Part shown: positions 38,641 through 49,509 of the stretch, piece by piece | How the letters are laid out: each line of letters starts with the position of its first letter | How positions within the stretch are numbered: position 1 is the first letter of the stretch | Source: Ionaspis alba | Taxonomy: Eukaryota | DNA: 63,934 bases | Reading direction: 5' to 3' | NCBI GenBank assembly: GCA_964255285.1 | Contig: CAXUUL010000019.1 | Coordinates: forward strand, 1-63,934 | Translations under genes and position numbers: made by a program | Notes under the pieces: model-generated | What the model was told of the DNA's origin: nothing | Databases searched by the model: none | The model's input: only the letters and a program-made list of their open reading frames with translations

Positions 38641-39308
38641 TGCGAAGATCCCTCCCGTAGCAACCGCAACAACAAAAGCAACTTCCTCTATCAGGAGCCA
38701 GATTGGAGCGAAGCAAGCAGGTGCAACTGAACCGTGAGGATAGAGAAGGCCAGGAGAGAGGTCAAGCTAGAAATCTGAAAGGAAGGTTGAACTGTTCCTG
38801 AGGCTTATGCACGATCACTTTAGTGCGTTCAGATGAACCTTAAACCCTGGCGAGTAAACAGACGTTGCCGCGTCAACAGCCAACCTCGGCTATCCATCTG
38901 TTTCAGCTCCCCGCATTCGGAGATTTTCATGCTTTTTGTGTTACAATTCCATGGTTGCGGAATCAACTTCCGATATTCTGTATGCTGAACTAAGTTGACC
39001 GATATATTGTTCAGCTTTCGATTTTGCACGAGACGAATTGTAAATCTGGTGTAAATAATAGCGTCGAGTCGTGTATGTAGTCCTCTAATCATAATGCTCA
39101 GTACTTATGAGCACCAAAAGCTCCTCCCAGCACTACCAGCTCTTCTATGCTCCATGAAATCGTGCATTCCAATCAGCCTCATTCTCTTCATGCGCCGACT
39201 GAGACTAACGCTACACGGAAACACGTGAAATCTCCAGCCGCATCGGATTTTCATACCCTTTGCTCCCAGCACACCCAGCCACAGGAGGCAGTCGTAGCAT
39301 TTTGCTCC

Positions 39309-40833
39309 TCAACCCACGGTAACACCATTCGTCAACACGATCTCCTCCTTCGGCGTGGGCGGAGGCAAACTCGTCTCCACAGCCTGCCTCATAGGATGAC
39401 TTAAAGTCTGCGTCAACTCCATCGGATCCCTCCCCTCACCCATCGGCGTAGGCGGAACCGTCTTTCCCTCCTTCCCATCCGGAAAGAGCGTCGCCACCAT
39501 CTCCCTCCTCTCCCTCCCATCCACACTCCCCACCGCCATCGCCGACAACGACCCATCCTCAGCTGGTATCCAGCGCATGGGGCCTACCGGCCACTTCTGG
39601 TTCGAGGGGACTGGATCGGGGGACGTCCAGATGATGTGTTGTTCTTCTGCAGGGTCGAGGATGGGGGGCATGCCAAAGACGTAATCGAGTTGGCCGCCGT
39701 ACTTTTTGGGGATGTTGGCCGGGTCGATGAAGGTGGAGAGGGTGCGGTAGGCTTCTTGGGGGCCGAGGACGAAGATTTTGGAGGTGGTTATTGGGTCGAA
39801 CCAGCGTTTGATCCAGGACCAGACTGTCGGGAAGAAGGAGGGGGCGCCGATGATCTGGGTAGATGTCAGCTAAATTGGGTAGGAGAAGGGGTTGGAATGG
39901 GCGTACGAATATTCGGTCGAGGGTTTCAGGGTAATGTGCTGTGGCTAGTTGACTCGCGTCTTGCATGTGTGTTCTCAGATTCCAGAATTGTTTCAAACCA
40001 ACGCCGGAAATGTCGACGATGTTGTTCGATTGTGATATTGGGGTATCCGGGTTCGGTCTATCTCTAAGGTTCGAGCAGAGGGGCATGATAAAATTGGTCA
40101 GGTTTTCGTAGAGAGCAAAGAGCCGCAGGAGTCGTGGAGGAGTGGTAGCGGTTTCTGCGACGCTCTTCTTGTTTTTAGGGGACGAGGATGAGAGAATTGA
40201 GGTGGAGGCTGAGGATTTGGCGTATGCAGACATTGTTTTTGCGTTAAGAGGAGCGACTTCGAAGACGTAGACGGGTATGCCGCGCTTATCTGTCATGACC
40301 GTCAGACAGATTCTACGAAGTGTTTGCCACAGTAGAGGGTCTCCTACCTCGACGGCCAGTCCATTGAGGATACTACGACATCCAACAGGTCAGCTTTCCC
40401 AACACGAACCAGACTTCCAGCACCCCTGATGTACTCACCAGTTTCCTAGCCTCTTCATAGTCCTTGATATCAATATTATCATACAAATGGCCAATTTGAT
40501 TCGCTGCCCGCCACTTCTCCGTATCACTGTATTGCTTGTATGCAGCCTGGACATCGAATCGTCTTGCTCGTAGAAATCGGCTAGGAAATGTCAGCAACGC
40601 GTTCTAAACAACAGGAGTCATGGAACTCACAGCAGGGTAGTTCTATCATGACCGCTAAGGCCATGATCCGTTCCTGGTGTCACCACCAGTCCCTTGTCCT
40701 GACACAGCTTTGTAAAGTCCGCTAATGCCTTTTCTTGAGCCGGCGTCAGGTGTCCCAAGTGTCCTACAGGGTATCCGTAGTCGCCGGTAGCCAGGACCCC
40801 GCTCTCTGTCGATCTGATACGTGTAGCAGCCAT
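39309..40833 (-). CDS. CRAL-TRIO/Sec14-like lipid-binding protein, multi-exon
   Basis: GHLGHLTPAQEKAL, RFLRARRFDV, IVDISGVGLKQFWNL, AHYPETLDRIF, WIKRWFDP, NIPKKYGG. Confidence 0.92.
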
Positions 40834-41545
40834 TGATTGTTGAACAAAGACGAGACCACGAGTAGTTCCTATGGGTGCTAAGGTAACAGGTTGCTTCTAA
40901 AAAAGCCGGGATCCAGGAAGGTAAAGAGTGCAGACCACATGTATATGGAAAAAGGAAGATCAATAAGAGATCCTAAGGGCTTAGTAAGGCGTGGGAATCA
41001 CAACTCAAAAAAGGAAATTTCACGTCATTCCTTCCGGCTCGGTGAACCGCGCGATGGAGACGAGAAAGCCGCTAAGAGAAACGAGTGGCTGCAGCAAGAA
41101 ATATGATAGTCAGCCGTTTACTCATATGCTACCACCGCTAATCCCCGGTTGCACGGACTCAACTGCACGCCGAGTGCCGAAATTGTCCAATTTTATGACA
41201 GGCTGACGGCCAACATTAATTAGTCAACAATAATTTTACCAGTCTTTCAGTATACGTATAAGATTCATGTCGCAATCCAGGCATCTCAACATTTGCCTGA
41301 GAGACTGTGCATGAGCACTATTCGAAGATGAATCAGATTGTCCAATTTATGGCGACATAGAAGCGGCCTTGGGTTACATCACCCCAGCCTTAGCAGCACA
41401 AGCCAAGAGCTGCACGTCCGCTTTTGCCAACACCGACTAATAAATACAAGAGAATCGGAATCCGTCCATGATCGTTCGCCATATACGACATGCTCCACAA
41501 AGACCTCTGCTTCTGCCTAAACTCTCCAACATTTCCAATTGATAC

Positions 41546-43677
41546 CTATCCATCACATTTATCAGGCTTATCACTCCCCGCTGGTCCTGCCCAGATATCC
41601 CCTTTCGGCAAGCAATTCGCAGGCGCAAGCTGACTCAACGACGTGATGACCTTACCCTGAGCNNNNNNNNNNNNNNNNNNNNNNNNNNNNNNNNNNNNNN
41701 NNNNNNNNNNNNNNNNNNNNNNNNNNNNNNNNNNNNNNNNNNNNNNNNNNNNNNNNNNNNNNGCAAGCAATTCGCAGGCGCAAGCTGACTCAACGACGTG
41801 ATGACCTTACCCTGAGCGGCCGGTGGCGCTGCAGCAGCTGGAGCCGGTTGAGCGGCTGGAGTCTTTGGGGGAAGTGCCGCGGCGGGAATAGGGATGTGAG
41901 GTGCTGGCATAGCATTTGGAGTAGAGGGAGATGGCGGAGCCGGAGCAGCAGAGCCCGAAGCTGGAGTAGAGGGAGACGGCGGAACCGGAGTAGCAGAGCC
42001 CGAAGCTGGAGCAGAGGGCGGAGGTGTGGCGACAACAGGACTGTTGATGGCGGCCGGAGACGGAGCTGAGCCAGGTGCTGGGGCAGCTGCGATGGCCATC
42101 GGACCATTGTCTTTCAACGGCGCAGAACCGAGCGAAGGCATAGCCTGGCATGTCTGAACGTGGAGCCCTTTCACCAGAGATGCAAGACCACCTCCTTGCA
42201 GGTGATCCGGAGCTGCTGCAGGTACAGTGCCGACATAAGCATTGAAGTTGTAAACGCCGCACTTGCACTCGTTCACGACGTCCTTCAGACTCGTCTCCGC
42301 AAATACGTCAGCTCCGTTCCTGGCCAGCGCGAACTTCTGCTGCCCAGTGCCCATGGGAACAGTGTACGATGAAGCTCCAGCGGGGGCGTCGAAGGACTGT
42401 GTTTTACCACCAGAGGTGATTGTCACTTTGCCTGGAGCGGTAAGAAGAGACACCACGAAGATGGCATCGTCGAGGGACTCGGCGCCATTGGGGCGACCAT
42501 GGAAATAGTTGCCGGTGGAGTTATCGCCGCCAGAACCTGTGGTAGTGTCCGTGGCGTCGCAGTTGAGCGATCGTGGAGTAGGTCGGTACCAGTAGACTAG
42601 CTGGTCGTTCTTGATGAACGGACGTACATCTTTCGCACCTGCCTTGTAGGCAGCGATGAAGGGTTTGGCCATGTCGAGCCAGCCGGTGTGGGGCATATCA
42701 TTGACCCATTTCGAGGCACCGTCGTCAGTGTGAGAGGAAGACAGAGGGCCGATATAGTGGGATTCGCCGTAATCGTTCCAGGTGATGATCTCGATGAACC
42801 GGGAGCCAAGGGTTAGGAGTTCGTTCCAGCGGGTGTACCAGAGCAGATCAGAGGGGAAGACCCAGTTCTTGGAATAGGAGACTTCAGGTCCGAAATGGGT
42901 AGAGAACCAAGGAGAGACAGGAGCTATGTAGCCTTTGTTACCAAGAGCCTTCATATAGATTTGATCCCCGTCGCTGACAGTCACTTTGGTACCAGCTGAT
43001 GGAGCTTTGTTATCTCCATTGCTACTCCAAGCCATCCAGTTCAGCGCTCCATCGACAGGGCCGAGATCAGTGCCCATCTGCGGATGCCAGTTGGGCGCAA
43101 TGTAAAGATCCATTCCAGCCATCGCGCGGACAGTTTTGACATCCAACTTATCGCCAGAGAAGGAAGAGACAAACGCTTTGCCGTCAACTTTCAACTGTGC
43201 TGCAGAACCACCATATTTCTTGATCATGGCACCAACCTCGGCAGCTTGCGAAGCGTCCTTGTACCAATTGAAATCGAAAGAGATGAAGACTTTCATGCCG
43301 TTGTTTGTGGCGGATTCATAGGCGTAACCAAGTTGTTCCTCAGTGAAGGGATCTACGCCAATGTTCAGGGCAAAGGCATCAATGCCATATGATTTGGCAC
43401 GTTTCATATCGTCGTCATAGTCGGCTGCGCTCTTACGATTGCTGACGATGCCGATCTAGTGGAGATAAGATATTAGTCAGAAACAATTCGCAGGTAAGGT
43501 GGAGGCATGATGAAGGCTGCTTACCATGAAATGACAAAAGACCAGCTTATCTGAAATTTGCCTAGTCCTCAAAGTGAATCCATCACGACGCCCGCCTGCG
43601 GGAGCAGCTACTGTCAAACAAGCAGCCAACAAACATGCTAGGACTAAGGAGAGAATAGGTTTGGGAAATGCCATCAT
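41546..43677 (-). CDS. Secreted GH71 alpha-1,3-glucanase (mutanase) with a Pro/Ala/Ser linker and a small 2-Cys C-terminal module
   Basis: VFCHFM|IGIVSNR (intron 43456-43524), GIDAFALNIG, VFISFDFNW, APVSPWFSTH, ITWNDYGESHYIGP. Collapsing the duplicated-flank gap gives ...ANCLPKGDIWAGPAGSDKPDKCDG*. Confidence 0.95.
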
Positions 43678-45052
43678 GGTGGCGGGACCTTTGGAAAGGA
43701 GTGAATGGTGGATAGTATTGGTACAGAACAGATATGTATAAGTCGTCGAGACTGTGATAGTAGTATATTCAAGGAATGTAGAGTATCACCAGACACAATC
43801 CAGAAGGAATGACAAGAGCACGAGGCTTCAAAGGAGTGATGCAGCGCACACCCAGTGATCAAAGCGCAACAAAGAATCAAAAAGAGGTCAAAGATGAAGA
43901 AGAAAAAAAGAGGCCCGGACCTCCATTGTTAAGTGCTCGCAGCGTGAGCGCATCATTCACTCAGGCACACGGCATCTGTCCAACAAGGGAGTTCACATGG
44001 CCCCTCACCGTCAGGATTCCCGGCGCAAAGAGACGTCAGCAAACGGAGATGGATGAGAGTAATAACGAGTCATGACCCATAGGATACTGCAACAATAATA
44101 ATGAAGCTCGAGTGATAGTATAGTTGAAACATTTCGAACCAGGGCAAGGGTGGCGGCAGCACATGGGAGACGGGAAACAAAGGATCTCGATCAGTGGGGA
44201 TAAGGTGATGTTGGATAAGCACCCAAGCGCTTGACGTATCTCAAACACAGGGCCTAATGGTAAGCCAGTCCTGTGTCATTTCCTAGGCGCTATCGTGAGA
44301 AACACCACACGCGCCCGTTCGAAGGGTGGGTCGTCCCATCTTTGGGGCAAAGTCGCTACAAGGACCCGGTAGCAGTTTGTTGGAATCCTCAAGGAGTAAT
44401 CCTCTCGTCGATCGGACATCTCCTGGAGGAATTATTGCAATGTGTTTTATTTGCAAAAAGACGAATAGTTGAGAAAAGAAGAAGTGGTCCAAGCGGGTTT
44501 GCGTAAGCAGGCATTAGGCGCGCCCGAGCGAGAGGCTGAAACGCGGGGCACTTGACTGATGTGGGATAAGACTGCCGGACTAACTGACCGTTGAAGGGTT
44601 AGGGCATTCGGGGTAATCTATTTTCACGGTCATGAAGAAGGTCATTATTATTGTTCCTCGGTGTCAGCTTTCAATAATGCTGATGGCGTTCAATGACGAT
44701 GCGTTCAAAATTATCAGAAGCCAGCTGTTTGACATTCGTCAAGAGATAGTTCCAGAATCTTCTCAACTCCGGTCAACTTCTCTCTATTTCTTGAATGCAC
44801 GATACGCTATTGAGCTGGAGAACATCATCAATTCAGAGAACATTTCTGTTGTTTTATGTTCTCTCCATCAATCGCCGATGATAGTTAAGCTATCCTTCGC
44901 AATGCTCAAAAGACCGTGATATGATAGAGCTACCATTGCAGTAGATGATTTTGATATTCTTATCCCCTTACCCTGAAATGGCTTCAAGCGACGTTCTACC
45001 TCCGCCAAGCCCCATCTCAACAGCTCCCTATTTGCCTTACAGACATCATCAT

Positions 45053-45448
45053 TCAAAGACACACTGGCTCAAGCGGAACCTCCTGGCAACCATCCTTCCC
45101 GAGGAACCACTTATCACAGAGCGTATTGCACTTCGCTCCTGGCTCAACAAAGACTCTGCCCTCCTGAGACGGCCAGGGCAGACGGAACTGCTGCACGAAG
45201 CGACCATCGGGTCTCGGATCGGCCTTGTAACCAGCACGGCAGGCGCAGTAGTTGGGGCCGTTGGGTCCGTTGTGGCCCCAGATGTAGATGCAGGAGGTTG
45301 TGCTGTCACACTTGTTTTGCTCGGGGAGGGGGTTGCACCGAGGGCAGGTGGGTTGGCCGGTGGGGTTGTTGGGCGTGCCTTGCGCTAGGGCAGGGGAGAG
45401 GAGGGCGGCGGTGGTGAGGAGGAGGGTGGTGAGAGTGAGGGTTTTCAT
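45053..45448 (-). CDS. Small secreted cysteine-rich protein (131 aa, 10 Cys)
   Basis: Signal MKTLTLTTLLLTTAALLSPALA; CACRAGYKA...QFRLPW...GRVFVEPG..CNTLC...CQEV module; TATATAA upstream. Confidence 0.88.
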   Translation of the reverse strand: MKTLTLTTLLLTTAALLSPALAQGTPNNPTGQPTCPRCNPLPEQNKCDSTTSCIYIWGHNGPNGPNYCACRAGYKADPRPDGRFVQQFRLPWPSQEGRVFVEPGAKCNTLCDKWFLGKDGCQEVPLEPVCL

Positions 45449-46742
45449 GGTTACGAGTGAGACCTGATTGAGGAGTTGGTTGGTCGGTAAGGGTGAGTTG
45501 TGTATGAAATGAAAAGCTTCGAGACTGTGGTGGTTATGTGTGAAAGCGAATTTGGATGGAGGACCTCGATTGTTGGTGGATAGATCATCGAGAGCTGCCA
45601 TGTGAGTACTTATATACCTCACTGTACAGGTAGCCGCTCAATTCCGCTCATTCCAGCATCGTATATGCTTACGGCTGTGTAGCAGTCGCTCGACCTCTAC
45701 GAAGCCGTATAGAGACCACCACCTGATCCGGATGGCAGCGGAAACGCTGCCTTGACTCGTACAACCAGATCCTAGATCCTCTGCCAAGTCATGATGTTAG
45801 CAGCACGCCCGCCATGTGTCTTTGAGTATTGGGCGAGAAGATCGTGTTCGCCCATAGGGATAGAGCTGAGATCGATTGATACTACCCTCATTGGGCTGAC
45901 TCAGCCGTGTGTACATATACGAGAAATGCTTGGCTCGGGTTGAGCAAGGCTTCCTCTGCTGGACAACGAAGCCGACGGTAGTGGATTGCGGGGTACAGTC
46001 AGCTTAAAACGTAACCAAATACAGTGCATATAGACATGAAAAACAGCTCAAAAACACAGCTGAAAAAAAAACCACCAGAGATGCGGTGACAAGGAATCAG
46101 GATTCCACTTTTTTGAGTAACTTTAGTCGTAGGTCAAAGAGAAATCAGACCAAAACGCCTAAAAGGTAAGCAAAGAACCATGACTTCGGCCACAGTGAAC
46201 GGGAACCCACGGCACACGATGCCCATCTTGTGGCGGGCAGAGCGGTGAGAAATAAAGGCCTCTATGGAACAGCCGGCAGCAAACAGTACGAGAGGGTGGC
46301 TGGCATGGCATGGCTTGGAAAGAATCGAGTCTGGTGGTTCGTGTACCAAGATAATTCGGATCGGGTGAGTATTCAGCTTCGTTGAATCGTTCCCAGAAGT
46401 CCTCGTACTGTGGGTAACGGTGATATTTCTCCCCTTGTGCAAACACAAATAAATAGCATAAAATCATGGGTGCTAATGATAATGTCTCGCGGCTTGCCGG
46501 TACTCAATGTCTCGATGAAATGATACACCATAAACGACTTCAATAATGGCATTGCCCAAATCCATACCAATATAGTGATACCTTTGTACTTGTGCTTCAT
46601 CTGTGCTTCGAATCTACCTTCGCTTCCAAATTCTTCTCTTATTGCCAATCCATGTAGAATGTTCGGTGTAATCTGCCTCCTCTTGCCTTAATCCTATACT
46701 TGGCTACGCTTCCTATAATCGCCACGATCTCTCCGCCTGTTT

Positions 46743-48186
46743 ATGCAGACGCCTGCCAATATGACATTGGCAGGACTCGATCAGACTTCTATTGAAAGTC
46801 TCATGCAGACTATCGCCATGGACCCTTCCCGGCGAAGCCGCGATTTTTATAGACCCGCCTTCATTGAGACCCATTCATACTTTCTTTGCTGTGCTTGCTC
46901 TCTGCTCGGCGGCTATCTCTGTATCAATACGTCTGTATACACGCCGCTATGCAGTCGGATCACTGTCCTTCGATGATTGTGAGTTGCTCGTTTCTTGGTT
47001 GTGGGTTATTATCATTCTGACTTGCTATAGTCTCTTCTTTTGTTGTATGGGTGAGACCCAACTATTCTAAATTCTCCATGATTGAGTACGAGACCGTAGT
47101 CCGGAATCTTTAGCTGCTCTTGATAGGCTTCAGCACCACCGTTCTTTGTCGGATTGGATCATGGTGCAGGTATTCATCAATGGAACCTTCATTTGATCGA
47201 TCTGGTCTATGTCAACTTTGTGAGCGTGGTTTCATTTATGGCTGTATACGAGGGTGGTCGACAATGCTGATTGATACCAGATGACTATGATACTCAGAGT
47301 CCTGTACAGTGTCTGCATCGTCTTCACCAAGTATTCGATCCTCTTCCGGTACCTGCGGGTCTTCGTGCCAGCACGGCATGGGAATGAGCTCATCTTCCAT
47401 GTGACTCGGGCACTCATAGTATCCAACGGGTTGTATTACTTCATAGAAGTCTTCTTGTNNNNNNNNNNNNNNNNNNNNNNNNNNNNNNNNNNNNNNNNNN
47501 NNNNNNNNNNNNNNNNNNNNNNNNNNNNNNNNNNNNNNNNNNNNNNNNNNNNNNNNNNACTCGGGCACTCATAGTATCCAACGGGTTGTATTACTTCATA
47601 GAAGTCTTCTTGTTGACACTCGGGTGCTCCCCACCAGCACGGGCTTGGAACCCCACGATTGAAGGAGCCTGTAGTGGTAAGGAGCATTTTGCCATTTCAG
47701 CTGGATTCAATATTCTCTCCGACCTTGTCACTCTACTTTTGCCTTTTCACAAAATATGGCAATTGTAGATGCGACGAGCAAGAGGAGCACCAAATCGTTG
47801 ACTTATGGTTCTGACATCTTGTACGTACTTCCTTCGTCAATGTCGCCCTAGAAATGCTGACCATGGGTAGTCTCTGCGTTGCAAGCATTGTGCGTCTTTA
47901 CTAAAGCATAAAAGTCCTGGAGAGCCAAGACATTACTTACTTTGAACTGCTTCTGGATTTCTCCTTGTACGCTTTCCCTTTTCCAGCGATTACCAAAGCA
48001 TTCCGCTCATTGTCATCCCAGATACGCGGAGCTTACTATCGGCATCCCCGTCGGATGTACTCCCACCCTCCCAAAGTTTATCTCGCACCTGAAAACTACA
48101 TGGAGCAAGCGTACAAGCGTCATGGAAGCCACACCGAAGAGGAACAGGCCCACATATCGTTAGTCATGGCAAAGGATCGAGCCTGA
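46743..48186 (+). pseudogene. PTH11-like integral membrane receptor (rhodopsin-like domain) pseudogene
   Basis: FIDPPSL...VSIRLYTR...DD; GAGIHQWN; TKYSILFRYLRVF; CSPPARAWNPTIEGAC; FNILSDLVTLLLPF; AELTIGIPVGCTPTLP. There is a frameshift near the 5' end and in-frame stops at about 47766, 47902 and 47944. Confidence 0.85.
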
Positions 48187-49509
48187 CGAATCCCGGCTGC
48201 ATCTCAAAAAGTGCTCACACCCACTAGAACAACGTTCCAGCGAGAGCATACAACAAGGATGGGGGCAACAAATCCATCAAGGCAGATCTAGATACAGTCG
48301 ATAACCACTCACATTGGTGCTTGAACACTGTTTCAGATCAAGTAACAGTGCCCCGAACAGCCGGTATTATCTGAGCCCCCACAGTATATTCAAGTACTCG
48401 CTCATGTCGTGCCGACGGTCAAAAGCTCCTCCGTCGATGGAGTCATCTTACCCATACCTGAATTCGCTCAAGCACTCCGAGCGGTCGAAAAGCACCTTGA
48501 CAGAAGAGCGAATCGCGCAATTGGCCCACTACCATTGCACAAGCTCCCACGACGGAGTTCGATGCCCGGAACGGCTCGACCAGGTCATCTCCCGTCGACG
48601 GCGGCAGTGTACCCTAAGACCGCAACCAATACGGCACTGGCGGAGGATGCTAAAGAATCTCTTGCCAATAGCTACCTGGTCTGAAACCGAGCTCCCGTAG
48701 AAGTCATGAGATCCACATATCAGAACCGGCCCGAATGCTTTTTCCTTCGAAAAAGCTATCCGCTTGCGACTGCCCGTTGCCACTTTGGCTACGCCCACGA
48801 GCACCAGAGTCATGCGAAGATACGACGCAAGACTCGATGGCTAGAGGGTCGGATGAGGAGCACCTACGTGAGGGAATATCCTTCTCGCAGGAGGCCCACG
48901 GCGTTGAGGTTCGGGAAATGATATACGAATCTTGTCAGTGTTAATTCTCGCACTGCGAGGATCAAGGATAGGCTGGTGGATAGGGTAGTAACTAGGCTCT
49001 ATGTACAAGATATACACTACTATAATAACCAAGAAGTTCCAAGCCCGCCTATCATTAATCCCTCATTCGTGAACAGGCACTTATTACACCTCCTTCTACA
49101 CAAACTTGAGTGTCCGTTCACTCATGCCCATTCCGCTGATGTAACGCCGATAGCCGCACTCGCATCAAAGTCCAGTAGTTGCATCTATTCATGGCTCAAC
49201 CTCTATTGGTATCCATGAACCGGTGTATGTACAATAAAGCGGTACTGTGGGACCCGAAATCGTGCTAGTCGCCTCTAGCGATACGTCGCGAGAATACTCT
49301 TGTGCAAATATGGTAGTGCTGCGGGTCATAGTCCTGTAGTGTCTGTACAGGGAGTCTGCTTGGCAAAATAATCGGTGCTGGTTGTCGTTCACTGGTCATT
49401 TTGTTCCAGAGAATCATACTGCCGTAGTATCTCTCAAAGTAGCAGACAACGTTGAGTCCGAAGATGGTTTCCCAACAGCTTCGTAGCATGACTCCTACCT
49501 CCCATTCTC

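Noticed and set aside
44595..44604. AGGGTTAGGG as a minus-strand telomerase template
   Set aside because: Only about 0.9 kb separates it from the GH71 start, and there are no supporting elements.
44640..44900. Protein-like minus-strand frame interrupted only by TGA (readthrough or selenocysteine?)
   Set aside because: No start codon, no motif and no SECIS-like element; the stop count is compatible with chance or decay.
48314..48944. Overlapping short ORFs suggesting a gene relic
   Set aside because: No recognisable family or consistent frame.
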